A stretch of 64,000 bases of DNA. Origin: the human T2T-CHM13v2.0 reference genome, Homo sapiens. The notes below the pieces were generated by a model. It saw only the letters and a program-made list of their open reading frames with translations. It was not told where the DNA came from and ran no database searches. Numbering within the stretch: position 1 is the first letter of the stretch; every line of letters begins with the position of its first letter. Location of the stretch: the NCBI RefSeq assembly GCF_009914755.1, contig NC_060926.1. The stretch is one strand, 5' to 3'. Below, piece by piece: positions 1 to 16,279 of this stretch. The position numbers were made by a program, and so were the translations under genes.

Positions 1-400
1 AAGCTCTTATGTTTAATTAGATCCCACTTGTCAGTTTTTGCTTTCGTTGCAATTGCTTTTGGTGTCTTCGTCGTGAAATTGCCTGTTTCTGTGTCTGGAA
101 TGGTATTGTCTAGGTTGCATATGTGGTATCCACATCATCACTGGTGATGTTAACTGATCACTTGGATAAGGCAGTGCTTGCTAGGTGTCTCCAAGATGGA
201 AATAAGTTACTATTTCTTCCTTCTTATACTCTGTTTTTTGAAATCCAGTCACTTAGTTCAGTGCATACACAAAGGAGGAGGGGAAGGTTAAGCTTAACCT
301 TCTTTGGTGGGAGGTATTCACATCTGTTATCTGGACTTCTTCTTAAAGCAAAATTTGCTTCTTCTTTCCAATTATTTATGTGTTCAATTATTTACTTGCT
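1..400 (-). mobile_element. L1 fragments (ORF2 piece to ~120, then older L1MC/MD-like 3' UTR piece)
   Basis: Antisense L1 motifs tttaattagatcccacttgtc / tttggtgtcttcgtcgtgaaat and ctggtgatgttaactgatcacttgg. Confidence 0.6.
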
Positions 401-863
401 CCACTCTGTTTTAATATTAATTCCCTATGATCTCAAGATATAACTGCAACCTTGAAAACTCCTAGTTCTCCCAGAACTCCTTGACAGAATGCTCTGTTTC
501 TTGTTTATCTTTGTACACTGTGTGTATTTAGCACAGTCCCCTAATTTATGGTGGACATCTAGTAATTTAAAAAAATGTATTTTCAATTCAGCTGAAAAAT
601 AGCATTTCCTCAACTAAATTATATAATTTAACATTCTAAATTAAAAGTAGGTTTTAAGATAAAAGTAAACATGTGTGATAACATTGTATCAAACAAAATA
701 AAGGGTACTGCTGAAATTTTACCTTAATAACGTTTGACATTGATGTGTCCACAATATATTCCTATAGCTACTTAAATATTCCTTGAAACCACTTTTGGAA
801 AGAGATTTCAGTCTCTAATGGCCAAGGATATAATCTGCTGTATTCTTTCTCTTTTTTGGTCAG

Positions 864-1105
864 ATTACCAGAGAAGATGAAGACCCCACTTTCTGCTTTC
901 TCTGAAAAATTGTCATCTGATGCAGTCACTCAGATAACAACAGAAAGTCCAGAAAAGACCCTATTTTCATCTGAGATTTTTATTAATGCTGAAGATCGTG
1001 GACATGAAATTATAGAGCCTGGTAACCAGAAGCTACGCAAAGCTCCTGTCAAGTTTGCCTCATCATCTTCAGTCCAACAGGTTACTTTTTCTCGCGGCAC
1101 AGATG
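864..1105 (+). CDS. ALMS1: ALMS1 coding exon (exon 11), 242 nt, phase 2 to phase 1; (R)LPEKMKTPLSAFSEK...QVTFSRGTD
   Basis: Polypyrimidine tract ttctttctcttttttggtcag| before 864; donor GATG|gtaaga after 1105; open frame matches ORF 856..1119. Confidence 0.93.
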
Positions 1106-1579
1106 GTAAGAGAATGTGATTGCATTTTAGATTGTTAGACCAGCTCTTTTGTGTAGTTATCTTAGAAATTTGTGGTTGTGTCTTTCTAGTCAGAAAACCT
1201 AATTTTAATTTAAGAATTAGGGTCCATATGATTATATCTGTCTTTTATTTGCATAGCTGTCAACAGAATATGATTTATTATATTTTATCTTAATTTCAAG
1301 CACAGTTAACATGTAGAACTCATGCTGTTTGTGTTAAAACTTAGTTTTGTCTCATCATATTTGCAATAAAAATGCAAGTAGTTCATAACAACTTGAAAGT
1401 AATTGAGGTCTGCTTTTAAAATGGCGGATAAATTATCTTGTATTACAGTAACAGTAATGTTATTACTATATAGTGCGTATATAGGGAGAGTATGTATATA
1501 CTAAATACTATAACAAATAGATGCATAAACATGTGATAGTGCAAACACAATAGCAGTTTATCTCTTACTTATAAAGCAA

Positions 1580-1830
1580 TCACCAGAGACCCAGGTTGTC
1601 TTCTTGCTCTGTTTTCTTTAAAATATATAACCCAAGGTTATGTTGGATTTACCTTCATGGTCAACAGGAAGGAACAAAAAGCATTGAGGAGCACATATAG
1701 GAGATGTTTACAGGTCAGGTCTGGAAGTAACCCAAATCACTTTCCACTGGCCAGGAATGTAGTTTAGCTGTGTTTTCCAAAATGAAGAAGAAATGGATTT
1801 TGGTGAATAGGTAGCAGTCTCTACCATAAG
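1580..1830. mobile_element. Old MaLR (MLT1-type) LTR fragment
   Basis: Motifs caggtctggaagt...cactttccactggccag and tggattttggtgaataggtagcagtctctaccata. Confidence 0.5.
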
Positions 1831-2279
1831 GTGAACATTTAGAGTGTTTTATATGCTATAGTTTCAGTGATATTTTGATAGTACTTTTACCATGTAACAT
1901 TTAGAATTAGACCAAATTGTAAATTATTTTCTTTTTTTGAGTAAGTAGCAGGAAAATTAACAATTAAGTTTCCATTCTTCCCCAAATGAAGATGGAGACT
2001 TTACTAATTTTTAAAATATTTACTATTTTGGACAAGTCTACTCAAAGTACATCTTAAGTTTCTCTACTTATACAAAAAACTTGTCCACCTACACACGTAG
2101 ATGGAATATACCTAAATGTAAAGAAAATTGTTTAGTTCAGCATTTAAATTGCATTGAATTTAAGTAAGTGCATTTATATACTAAGATGGTTATAATTCTT
2201 GAACATTTTTCTTGTGAAATTAAAGCATACCAAAAATATATATATAGTTTAATAAATTATCACGAAGAACACCTTTATG

Positions 2280-2545
2280 TGTTGGTTACCTGTTGTTACA
2301 GTGGTACAGTATAACAAACAACCTAAAAAATCTCTATGGTTTATAACAGCAGACATTTGTTTTTCTTACTCACAGGCTTATGGGTCAATTGGACTTTGGC
2401 TGGGCTGGCTGTAAGCTGCAGAAATGGTTTGGGTCTGTTCCAGATACTTCTTTCTGAGACTCAGGCTAATGGGTCAATAGCTATCCTAGAGTGTGGTGTT
2501 CTCATGGTGGTGGCAGAAACACAAGAGAGGAAACAGCTATAAAAG
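2280..2545. mobile_element. Old MaLR (MLT1-type) LTR fragment
   Basis: gtataacaaacaacctaaaa...cttactcacaggcttatgggtcaattggactttggctgggct. Confidence 0.5.
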
Positions 2546-2547
2546 CA

Positions 2548-2892
<345 letters not shown>

Positions 2893-3460
2893 TTATAGAG
2901 GCCATGATTTATGGTTCATATAAACTTTTTATCAAAGAATCGATATTATTTGGTTTAGTAATAAGTGTTATTTTCAACACTGTGGGTCAAAAGTAAAATT
3001 TTATGAGGTGTTTTTTTTTGTTTGTTTGTTTTTTGTACAAAACATTTTAAGGTACAAAAAATCGTATGTTAACTACATGACTGCTTACCCATTAGTCTGA
3101 ATTAACAAGTTCCTCTACCCCTCTCCAGTGCTTTTTTCCTTTCCCGGAAGCAGCCATTATTTGCTATGTATTCACTTCTTCCCCTAGACAGGCAGTCCAG
3201 TGTAACCTTAAGACTACTGCATCCAAACAAAGTTCTTGAGAACTTCAAAAAATTCTTTATTTGTCTCAGGTCCATCGCCATGTGATAGTCATTTCTGCTC
3301 TGGGTCCATTGTAATTTTGTCCAATCGTTGCTGTTAATTTTCTCCAACCTGTGAACTGCATGGCATATTCAGCCATTGCTATCAAGCTTAATATATACCG
3401 ATGGAGAAAGAAAATTAATAAATCAGTATTCTAACAATAACTACGGGAACGACCAAATAG

Positions 3461-3856
<396 letters not shown>

Positions 3857-4512
3857 AGGTCATTTTTTATTAATTTCTTGACTGGACTTTCTTTAGAGGT
3901 CACTTTGCCATGCCCAGTGATAGAAATTAATGCCTCTAGGTGTTAATCATACTCCTTTTAAAAAGTAACCTTATTTCTTGTGGATAATTCAGGTCTATCA
4001 TAGATTTAGTCAGCACTCTGTAAGCTGCTCTATGTTTTGCTTTAGTGATATAAAAAATGTTAAGTAGCTAGGTGGCTCCTGTCCCTGGTAGAATTGTCCC
4101 TTTCTTATTTCTAAGATCTTCCATCTAACAACACTCATAGTCACAAAGGTTGAAAGCAAAAACTTCTTAAAAAGCTTGTTTGTTCCCAAATGCATGCATT
4201 CTATCTGGTACTCGGTATAGGCAAGTACCATCTATGGTTCAGAGCATATCCCAAATCCCATAAGAAAGCATTGTAGACTCAGAAAGTGGTGTTCCCCAGC
4301 TTATGCCATAACACTTTTCAGTAAATAGCTTGCTCACTTTATTTATTTATTTATTTTTTAGGTTTAGCATAGTTATGGTCCATAAGGCATGGATAAGGAC
4401 AGTAAATCCCTTTAGGCATCAACCTTTTGTCTCATTTCCTTCATTTGGAAGTGAGTTTCTTCCTTAGAAGCAGGCTACTAACAATGTGGAATTCATTGCC
4501 AAAATGTCATCA

Positions 4513-4918
<406 letters not shown>

Positions 4919-5544
4919 CTATCAGAATCAGTCTAGAGGATTTTGGGTTTTATTAACTAGAGATGAGCAACTAGGAGTCCATCTAGAAATGGTTACAGGA
5001 TATAAGAGAAAACCGTGGTCTATAAGAATAAAGATAAACGGAAGGAGCTGGAGGCATTCGGCCATGAGAAATGGTAGCTACATTGAAAATTCATAATCAT
5101 ATGAGCAATACAACCCTATGAAATGCTCAGAAATAACCTAAACAAAAATTTTAAATGACCTAATGCAGGAAACACTAATCCTTTTTGTAAAGATAGAAAA
5201 TAATAATTTACTAAATTAAAAGGTATGATTCTAGAATGGAAGGCTGAATATTGTAAAGGTATCATTTATTCCCACATAAATTTATACTCTAAAGTAATTC
5301 TGCACAAAGTTCTAATGGAACTGTTCTTTTGAACTGTGTAATTTATCTTTATGAATTTATTTTTATTTTTAATTTGTCTGGGTATATAGTAGACATAGAT
5401 ATTTATGAGGTACATGAGCTATTTTGATATAGGCATACAGTGTATAATAATCCCATCAAGGTAAATGGGATATCCATCACCTCAAGCATTTATCCATTCT
5501 TTGTGTTAACAATCCAGTTACATTATTTTGGTTATTTTATTTTT

Positions 5545-5842
<298 letters not shown>

Positions 5843-8800
5843 CTTTTGGTTATTTTAAAATGTACAGTGAATTATTGACTGTAGACCCTGTTGTGCTATC
5901 AAATACTATATCTTACTGATTATATCTGACTATATTTTTATACCCATTAACAATCCTCACTTCCCCCACACTGCTCACTACCCTTCCCAGTCTCTGGTAG
6001 CCATCTTTCTCTCTCATGTGTGTCCATGAATTCAGTTGTTTTAATTTTTAGATCCCACAAATAAGTGAGAACATGTGAAGTTTCTGTTCCTATGCCTGGC
6101 TTATTTCACTTTATATAATAACCTCCAGTTTCATCCATGTTGCTGCAAATGACAGGATCTCATTATTTTTTTTGGCTAAATAGTATTCCATTGTGCATGT
6201 ACTGCCTTTGTGTATATGTACTACATTGTGTATATGTAATAGATTAATTTATCCATTAATCTATTGATGGACACTTAGGTTGCTTCTAAATTTTGGCTAT
6301 GGCGAACAGTGTTGCAATAAACATGGGGTGCAGATTTATCGCTGACATACTGACTTACTTTATTTTGGTTATATACCTAGCAGTGGGATTGCTGGATCAT
6401 ATGTTAGCTCTAATTGTAGTTTTTTGAGGAATCTACAAACTAACTGTTCTCTATAGTGTTGTACTAATTTACATTCCCAGCAACAGTGTACAAGAGTTCC
6501 CTTTTCTCCACATTCTTGCCAACATTTGTTGTTGTATATCTTTTGAATAAAACCATTTTAACTGGGGTGAGATGGTATCTCATTGTAGTTTTGCTTTGCA
6601 TTTCTCTGATGATCACTGATGTTGAGCACCTTTTCATAAGCCTGTTTGCCATTTATATGTCTTCTTTTGAGAAATGTTTGTTCAGATCTTTTGCCCGTTT
6701 TTAAATTGGATTATTAGATTTTTTTTTTCCTATAGAGTTGTTTCAGTTCTTTATACATTATGGCTACTAATCCCTTGTCAGATGGATAGTTTGCAAATGT
6801 TTCCTCCTATTCGGTGGTTTGTCTCTTCAGTGTTGTTTCCTTTGCTGTGTGAAATCTTTTTAACTTGATGTGATCACATTTGTCCATTTTTGCTTTGGTT
6901 GCCTGTATATGTGGGATATTACTCAAGAAATCTTTGCCAATATTTAATGTCCTAGAGAGTTTTCTCAGTGTTTTCTTCCTGTAGTTTCATAGCTTGAGGT
7001 CTTAGATTTAAGTCTTTAATCCATTTTGATTTGATTTCTGTATATGATGAAAGATAGAGGTTTAGCTTTATTCTTCTGCATGTAGATAACCAGCTTTCCC
7101 AGCACCATTTGTTGAAGAGACCGTCTTTTTCCCAGTGTATGTTCTTGGCACCTTTGTTGAAAATGAGTTCACTGTAGGTGTGTGGATTTGTTTCTGGGTT
7201 CTCTGGTTCTGTTTCATTGGTTTATGTGCCTGTTTTTAAGCCAGTACCATGATGTTTTGGTTATTATAGTATTGTAGTATAATTTGAAGTTAGGTATTGT
7301 GATTCCTCCAGTTTCGTTCTTTATGCTTAAGATAGCTTTGTCTATTCTGGGTCTTTTGTGGTTCCATATAAATTTTAGGATTTTTTCTATTTCTGTGAAG
7401 AATGTCATTAGTATTTTGATAGGGATTGCCTTGAATACAGATTCAGTGGAATACCCCACTGCTTTAGGTAGTATGGACATTTTAACAATATTGATTCTTC
7501 TAATTCATGAACATGGAATATTTTTCCATTTTTTTGTTGTCCTCTTCAATTATCTTCATCAGTGTTTTATAGTTTCCTTTATAGAGATCTTTCACTTCTT
7601 TGGTTAATTGCTAGGTATTTGATTTTATGTGTGGCTATTGTAAATGGGATTATTTTTAAATTTCCTTTTCACATTGTTCACTGTTGACATATAGAAATGT
7701 GAACTGATTTTTGTATGTTCATTTTTGTATTCTGCAACTTTACTGAATTTATTGATTGTGGAGGCTCTAGGTTTTTACAAATATAAGATTGTATCATTTG
7801 CAAACAAGGATAATTTGACTTCTTCCTTTCCAATCTGGATCTCCTTTCTATCTTTCTCTTGTCTGATTGCTCGAGCTAGGACTTCCAGTGCTATGTTGAA
7901 TAACGGTTTTGAAAGTAGGCATTCTTGTCATGTTCCACATCTTAGAGGAAAGGCTTTCAGTTTCTTCCCCATTCAGTATGATACTAGCTGTGGGTCTGTC
8001 ATATATGGCTTTTATTATGTTGAGGTATGTGTTCTCTATACCTAGTTTTTTCAGGGTTTTTATCACGAAGAGATGTTGAATTTTAAGAAATGTTTTTTCA
8101 TCGTCAATTGAAATGATCATGTGGTTTTTGTCCTCCATTTTGTTGATGAGGCATCACATTGATTGATTAGCATATGTTAAACCATCCTTGCATCCCTGGG
8201 ATGAATACTTCTTGGTCATGATGAATGATCTTTTTAATGTGTTGTTGAATTTGGTTTGCTAGTATTTTGTTGAGGATTTTTGCATCAATATTCATGAGGG
8301 AGATTGGCCTGTAGTTTTCTTTTCTTTTTTCTCTTTTTTTTTTTTGGATGTGTCTTTGGTTTACTGGTCTTGTAGAAGGAGTTTGGATGTATTCTCTCCT
8401 CTTCCATTTCTTGGAATAGTTTGAGTAGGATTAGTATTAGTTCTTCTTTAACTATTTGGTACAATTCGGCAGTTAAGCCATTGAGTCCTCAGCTTTTCTT
8501 TGCTGGGAGACTTTTTATTACAACTTTTACCTTGTTGCTTGTTATTGGTCTCTTTCAATTTTGGATTTCTTCCTGGTTGATAGGTTGTATGTTTCTAGGA
8601 ATTTGTCCATTTTTTTCTAGCTTTTTCAATTTATTGGTGTAAAGTTGCTCATAGTAGTGTCTCATCATCCTTTAAATTTCTGTGCTATAGGTTGTAATGT
8701 CTCCCTTCTTAATCTCTGATTTTATTTACATGAGTCTTCTATTTTTCTTAGTCTGGCTAAAGGTTTGTCGATTTTGTTTATCTTTTCAACAAACAAACTT

Positions 8801-10072
8801 TTTGTTTCATTTTGCGATGTTTTTCTCATATCAATTTTATGTATTTTTGCTCTGATCTTTATTTCTTTTTTTCTGCTAATTATGGATTTCATTTGCTCTT
8901 TTCTAGTTCATTAGCATACGTTGTTAGGTTGTTTATTTGAAGTTTTTCTATGTTTTTTTAATGTAGGTGCTTATACCTATAAACTTTCCTCTTAGTACTG
9001 GTTTTGCTGTATCCCGTAGGTTTTGGTATGTTGTGTTTCCATTATCATTTGTCTCAAGAAATTTGTAAATTTCTTTCTTGATTTCTTCCTTGACCCACTG
9101 GTCATTCAGAAACATTATTTCATTTCCATGCATTTGTATAGTTTCCAAAGTTCCTTTCATTATTGATTTCTAGTTTTATTTCATTGTGATCAGAGAAATG
9201 ACTTGATATAATTACAATTATTTTTGAATTTTTGAACACTTGTTTTGTGGCCTAAAATATGACCTGTCCTTGAGAATGATCCATGTGCTGAGAACAATGT
9301 GTATTCTGCAGCCGTTGGATGAAATGTTCTGTAAATATCTATTAGGTCCATTCAATGTATCTTCGTTGATTTTTCTGTCTGGATGATCTGTCCAATACTG
9401 AAAGCGGGGTGTTGAAGTTTACAGCTGTTATTGTATTAGGTTCTATCTCTCTCTTTAGCTGTAAGAATACTTGCTTTATATATCTGGGTACTCCACCGTT
9501 GGGTCCATATATATTTACAGTTGTTATATCCTCTTGCTGAATTGACCTCTTTATCATTATATAATGACCTTTGTCTGTTTTTATAATTTTTGTCTTAAAG
9601 TCTATTTTGTCTGATATGAGTATAGCTGTTCTTCCTCTCTTTTGGTTTCTATTTGCGTGGGATATCTTTTTCCATCCTGTTATTTTTAGTCTATTCATGG
9701 TCTTTATAGGTTAATTGTGTTTCTTGTAGGAAATAGATGGTTGGGTCTTGTTTTTTTTTGCATTCATTCAACCACTGTATGTCTTTGGATAGGAGGATTT
9801 AGTCTACTGCTTTTTATTTTTTATTTTAGATTTGCCCTTTTGAGGCTATTTTCTAGATCCTGTAGGCATGCTTTATTCTTTTTTATTCCTTTTTTTCTTT
9901 TGTCTTCTCTGACTGTATTTTCAAATAGCCTGTCTTCAAACTCACTGTGTTTAATCAATTTTGCTGTTAAGAGAGTCTGATGCATTCTTTAGTGTGTCAG
10001 GTGTATTTTTCTACTCCAGTATTTCTGCTTCTTTTTAATTATTTCAGTCTTTTTGTTAAATTTGTCTTATAG

Positions 10073-10432
<360 letters not shown>

Positions 10433-10786
10433 AAAACAGATATTTTTGAATTCTTTGTCTGAAAGGTTCCACATCTCTGTTTCTCCAGGATTGGTTTTTA
10501 GTGTCATATTTAGTTCATTTGGTGAGGTCATGTTTTCATAGATGGTCTAGAAGCTTGTGGATATTTGTTGGTGTCTGAGCATTGAAGAATTAGGTATTTA
10601 TTGTAGTCTTCACAGTCTGACTTTGTTTATACCCATCCTTCTTGGGAGTGCTTTCAAGGAATTCAAAGGGAGTTGGGTGTTATGATCTGAGTTTTTGGTC
10701 ACTGTAGCCATATCTCCATTAGGGGGCACTTCAAGCCTAGTAACACTGTGGCTCTTGCAGACTTGTAGAGGTACCACCGTGGAGGT

Positions 10787-13106
10787 TGTATTAGTCCATT
10801 TTCAAACTCCTAGAAGTATGCTACCTGAGACTGGTTAATTTATAAAGAAAGGGAGTTCAATTGACTCAGTTCTGCATGGCTGGGGAGGCCTCAGGAAACT
10901 TACAATCATGGCAGAAGGTGAAGGGAAAGCAAGGCACGTCTTACATGGGGGCAGGAGAGAGTGAGATCTCAGGGATAACTGCCACGTTAAAACCATCAAG
11001 ATCTCATGAGAACTCCCTCACTATCACAACAACAGCATGAGAGAAACTGCCCCCATGATCCAATCACCTCCCACCAGGTCCCTCCCTCAACATGTGGGGA
11101 TTACAATTTGAGATGAGATTTGGCTAGGGACACAGAGCCAAACCATATTATTCCACTCCTGGCCCCTCCCAAATTTCATGTCCTTTTCACATTTAAAAAC
11201 CAATCATGCCTTCCCAATAGTCCCCCAGAATCAACTCATTCTAGCATTAACCCAAAAGTCCAAGTCCAAAGTCTCATGTGAGACAAGGCAGGTAGGTCCC
11301 TTCTGCCTGTGAGCCTGTAAAATAAAAAACAAGTTAGTTAGTTCCAAGATACAGTGGGGGTACAGGCATTGGATAAATGTTCCCATTCCAAACGGGAGAA
11401 GCTGGCTAAAACAAAGGGATTACAGGCCCCATGCAAGTTGAAAACCTGGCTGGGCAGTCATTAAATCTTAAAGCTCCAAAATTTCCTTTGACTCCATGTC
11501 ATACATCCAGGGCATGCTGATGCAAGGGGTTGGCTCCCACAGCCTTGGGCAGCTCCACCCCTGAGGTTTTGCAGGGCACAGCTCCCACAGCTACTGTCAT
11601 GAGCTGGTGTTTAGTACCTGTGGCTTTTCCAGGTGCACAGTGCAAGCTGTTGGTGGATCTACCATTCTGAGGTCTAGAGGATGGTGGCCCTCTTCTCACA
11701 GCTCCACTAGGCAGTGCCCAAGTAGGGACTATTAGTGGGGGCTCCAACTCACATTACCAGTCTGCATTTCCCTAGTAGAAGTTCTCCATGAGTGCTCTGC
11801 CCCTGCAGCAGACTTCTTCCTGGACATCTAGGCATTCATATATCCTCTGAAATCTAGGTGGAGGCTCCCAAAGTTCAACTCTTGTCTTCTGTGCATCTGT
11901 AGGCCCAACACCACGTGAAACTGTCAAAGCTTGGGGCTTGCACCCTCTGAAGCAATGTCCTGAGCTGTCCTTTTAGCCACAGGTGGAGCTGGAGCAGCTG
12001 GGACACAGGGCACCAAGTCCCAAGGCTGTACAGAGCAGCTGGGCCCTAGGCGGGGCCCACAAAACCATTTTTCCCTCCTAGGCCTCCAGGCCTGTGATGG
12101 AAGGGACTCCCGTTAAGATCTCTGACATGCCCTGGAGACATTTTCCCCATTGTCTTGGCTATTAACATTTGGCTCCTCGTTACTTATGCAAATTTCTGCA
12201 GCCAGCTTGAATTCCTTGAATGGGTTTTTCTTTTCTACTGCATAGTCAGGCTGCAAATTTTTCAAATTTTTATGCCCTGCTTCCCTTTTAAACATAAGTT
12301 CCAATTTCAAACCCTCTCTTTGTGAATGTACATAACTGAATGCTTTCAGAATAAGCCAGGTAACCTCTTGAATGCTTTGCTGTTTAGAAATTTCTCCTGC
12401 CAGATACCCTAAATCATCTCTTTCAAGTTCAGATCTCCAGGGCAGGGGAAAATTGCTGCCAGTCTCTTTGCTAATGCATAGCAAAAGTGACCTTTATGCC
12501 AGTTCCCAACAAGTTTCTCATCTCCATCTGAGACTACCTCAACCTGGACTTCATTGTCCATATCACTGTCAGCATTTTTGGTCAAAACCTTTCAGTAAGC
12601 CTCTAGAATGTTCCAGACTTTCCCACATCTTCCTGTCTTCCTCTAAGCCCTCCAGCCTGTTCCAATCTCTGCCTGTTACCCAGTTCCCAAGTTGCTTCCA
12701 CATGTTCAGGTTATCTTTATAGCAGTGCCCCACTTCTGGCACCAATTCTTTGTATTCATTTTCACACTGCTTTAAAGATACTACCTGAGACTGGTAATTT
12801 ATAAGTAAAAGAGGTTTAATTGACTAACAGTTCCACATGGTTGGGGAGGCCTCAGGAAACTTACAATCATGGCGGAAGGTGAAGGGGAAGCAAGACACAT
12901 CTTACGTGGCAGCAGGAGAAAGAGAGCTCAGGGGAAACTGCCACTTCTAAACCATCAAGATCTCCTGAGAACTCCCTCACTATCGTGAGAACAAGGTGGG
13001 AACCACACTCATAATCTAATCACCTCCCACCAGGTCTCTGCCTCAACATATGGGGATTACAATTTGAGATGACATTTGGTTGGGTACTCAGAGCCAAACC
13101 ATATCA
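10787..13106 (-). mobile_element. Complete MaLR provirus (MSTA/THE1D-like): LTR 10787-11150, internal 11151-12750, LTR 12751-13106
   Basis: Two ~360-bp direct repeats tgtatt...ccaaaccatat(t/c)a; ~1.6-kb MaLR internal sequence; degenerate 5-bp TSD gaggt/gaagt. Confidence 0.9.
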
Positions 13107-14404
13107 GAAGTTTCTGATAAGATCCAGAAGAATTCTCTGGATTACCAGGTAGAGACTCTTGTTCTTTTCCTTTACTTTCTCCCAAAGAAATGGAGTCTGT
13201 CTCTGTGCTGAGCTGCTTGGAGCTGCTGTGACACAAGCACCCCTGTGGCCACCACCAGTGGGACTGTTCTAGGTTAGACCTGAAGCCAGCACACACTGGT
13301 TCTCGCCTGAGGTCTACAGGAACCACTTGCTGGATACTGCCTATGTTTGTTCAAGGCCCTGGGGCTCTACAATCAGCAGGTGGCAAAGCCAGGGAGTCTT
13401 GTGTGCTTTCCTTCAGGGTGGCGATTTCCCCCTGGCCCTAGGCAGGTCCAGAATTGCTGTCTGGGAGCCATGACCTGAAGTCAGAAACCTTAGTGCTTTA
13501 TTCTGCTGTGGCTGAACTGGCATCCATGCCACAAGACAAAAAGTTCTTATTCTTTCCTCTTTTCCACAAACAGAGGAGTCACTCCCCATGGCCACCATTG
13601 CCCCAGGCTTGTGGTGACTGCTGGCTGCCTACCACTGATATTCATTCAAGGCCCAAGGGCTCTTTCGTCACCTTGGGTGAATGCTTCTAGGCCTGGAACT
13701 CTCACTTCAGGGCAATGGCCTCCCTTCTGGCCCAGGGCAGGTCCAGAAATGCCATCCATAAGCCAACACCTGGAATCAGGAACTCCTGGAGCTTACTTTG
13801 TACTCTACCCCTCTGTGGCTGAGCTGGCACTTAAGCTGCAAAACAAAGTCCTATTTAATCTTCCCTCTCCTTTTCTCAAGCAAAGGGAGTCTCTCCTCAT
13901 AGCCACCATAGCTGGGAAATGTGCTGGGTCACACCTGAAGCCAGCACATCTCTGAGTCTCACCCAGGTGAGTACTGCCTGGCTACCACTGCTCACTATTC
14001 AGGACCCAAGTACTCTTTAGTCAGCAGGTGATGAATCCTGCCAGGACTGGGTCCTTCCCTGCAAGGCAGCAAGTTCCTTTCTGGCCCAGGGTATGTCTAG
14101 AAATGTCCAGGAACTAGGTCATGGAATGGAGGCCTCAGGACTCTGCCTGGCATCTCTATCATTCTGTGGCTGAGCTAGTATCCAGGTTGCAAGAGAAAGG
14201 TCTGTTTAATCTTCCGTCTTCCGAAGTGAAAGGAAGGACCCTCTCCTGGAGCAAGCTGTGCTGTCTAGGTTTGGGTATGGAGTGGTGCAAGTGCTTCCCT
14301 TGGCCATTTTGGCTGGTGTCTTACTAGGTTGCATACGCCCAAGTCAGCTGGCTCTGATTCCAGCACATCACCAAGACTTTCCTGGGAATTGTGTTTCTTA
14401 TTGC

Positions 14405-14780
14405 TTTAGGCTATGGTATATGCTATTTTATCACAGAAACCCTAAATTACAGGTAAGTAGTCTAGAGCAGATAGCTGAGTTGCATATCTGGTGGCTGTGG
14501 CATCCTTCCATCTCTGGAAGTGTGACTTCCATTTCTGGGTCTAGAGTAACTGCTACAGCTATCATGATCTGCAGTATCTAGGAAGTGGGGGGCTTTAATG
14601 GGATACCTTTACTGGAATGCCTGGAAGTTTCACACATTCTTGCACTCTTCCCATGGGCTGAACAAAGTTACCCATATGTTCACACATGGCTGTAAGGGAG
14701 ATTGGAAGTGTATATAGATGTATAGGTGTAAGGAGGTAGGGAAGTTGGACACGAGGTCATATTTGACAGTTTCTACCAAT
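14405..14780. mobile_element. Old MLT1-type LTR
   Basis: ggaagtttcacacattc...ggctgtaagggagattggaagtg...cagtttctacca. Confidence 0.45.
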
Positions 14781-15569
14781 CATGAAAGAAAAACTAGTAT
14801 ATAGAAAAAAAATGTCCATAATAGTAAGATGAGGGCATATTTTTAAAATGAGATTCCATTTACCTCTATTAGCAATTAATCATTTCTTAATGACTATACA
14901 CGTGCTGTTGGAGGAAGAGTAAATTGTCGCAGACATATTAATAAGCAATTTAGCAGTCAGTACTTTTTTGAAAACTTCATGAATGGTGTAATTTTTCACT
15001 TTGTAAAAAGAATTTACCTTGGATGGGTGATGGGGGAGAATAAGTATAAACAGGAAAATCTTTATTCACAGAATTCTTTATAATTGAACATTTTAACACA
15101 ACCTGCATTTTCAACATTAGGCTAAGAGTTGACTATATTTAATCTGGTATAACCATAAAAATGTGAAGAATAGGAAGTAAAATGAATATTTTTATTATAA
15201 ATAATAGAAAAGCTGAATTTCAAATTATGCATACTATATGCAGACAACTTTGTAAACAAATAAAAAACAGGAAAAGATGGGTAAGTTATACATTAAAATG
15301 TTAACAATAATTATCCTTGAGTGGTAGGACCTTGTAATTTTTACGTTTATATATTTTCTTAATATTGAAAATTCATACTCTTGCAGTGGAAACTATGTTT
15401 TGAAGCCCTGTCACATAGATGAGAATTAGACTTATTTTCTATGACTCTGGAAGCAGAATAAGACCAGTATAAGGGCTTAATTATGACCAGGTTAGGGTTC
15501 GATGTAAGATAACATGTTTTTTAGTTAGAGTCATCTATATATGGAATGGATTGCTAAAAAGTCATCTCA

Positions 15570-15875
15570 ATGAAACATATCCCTACCATCCTACTTAAAC
15601 TGTTTCCCCTGCATTTAAACCCCAATTTCTCCTGTATTCTTAATTACCTTCAGCATTTCTATATTTTCCCTGTATCACTTATAATGTATTAAAATGCTAG
15701 ATAATTTACTCATTTAGTATGTTAATTATTTACTGTATATTTTCCTCCTCTAGAATTCTCATTCTTCTTGAAGGCAGAGATACATTTCTCTTTGTTTACT
15801 CATAAATTCCAAAAGTCATGAACACTGCCTGAAACATAGAAGGCATTCCATATTTGTTCAATGAATTAACAAATG
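15570..15875 (+). mobile_element. L2 3' end immediately upstream of exon 12
   Basis: ttcttgaaggcagagat...acactgcctgaaacatagaaggcattccatatttgttcaatgaat is the typical L2 terminus. Confidence 0.65.
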
Positions 15876-15912
15876 TTTTTCATATTAATTGTTCTGATTT
15901 TTACCTCCTTAG

Positions 15913-16038
15913 GCCAGCCTTTATTATTGCCATATAAGCCTTCTGGTAGTACCAAGATGTATTATGTTCCACAATTAAGACAAATTCCTCCATCTCCGGA
16001 TTCCAAATCAGATACCACCGTTGAAAGCTCCCATTCAG
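15913..16038 (+). CDS. ALMS1: ALMS1 coding exon (exon 12), 126 nt, phase 1-1; GQPLLLPYKPSGSTKMYYVPQLRQIPPSPDSKSDTTVESSHS
   Basis: Acceptor tttttacctccttag|; donor TCAG|gtatta; continues the frame from the previous exon (G|GC). Confidence 0.94.
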
Positions 16039-16279
16039 GTATTATGCAGAAATTATTCGAAGTTTTATTGTTTGATATTTTATTTGTGTATTGGCTAGTT
16101 GATTCTGGAGTGACAAAAGTCCAGTGCTCTTTAATTTTTCAGTGAAATATGGAACTTTTCATACCTTGATCTCTGGTTCAGATAGGTGAGTTATTTGATC
16201 AGATATATACACATAAGCATTTATAAATATTTGATGAAGGAAATTGTATGGATCATTATTTGGGTTAGTGGGCTCCATC

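Noticed and set aside
11499-12484. MaLR internal ORF fragments
   Set aside because: Broken remnants of the known MST/THE1 internal ORF; no intact product.
13240-14260. Three ~300-bp diverged repeats (ctgtggctga(a/g)ct...)
   Set aside because: Internal repeat structure typical of L1MA/L1M1 5' regions; not locus-specific.
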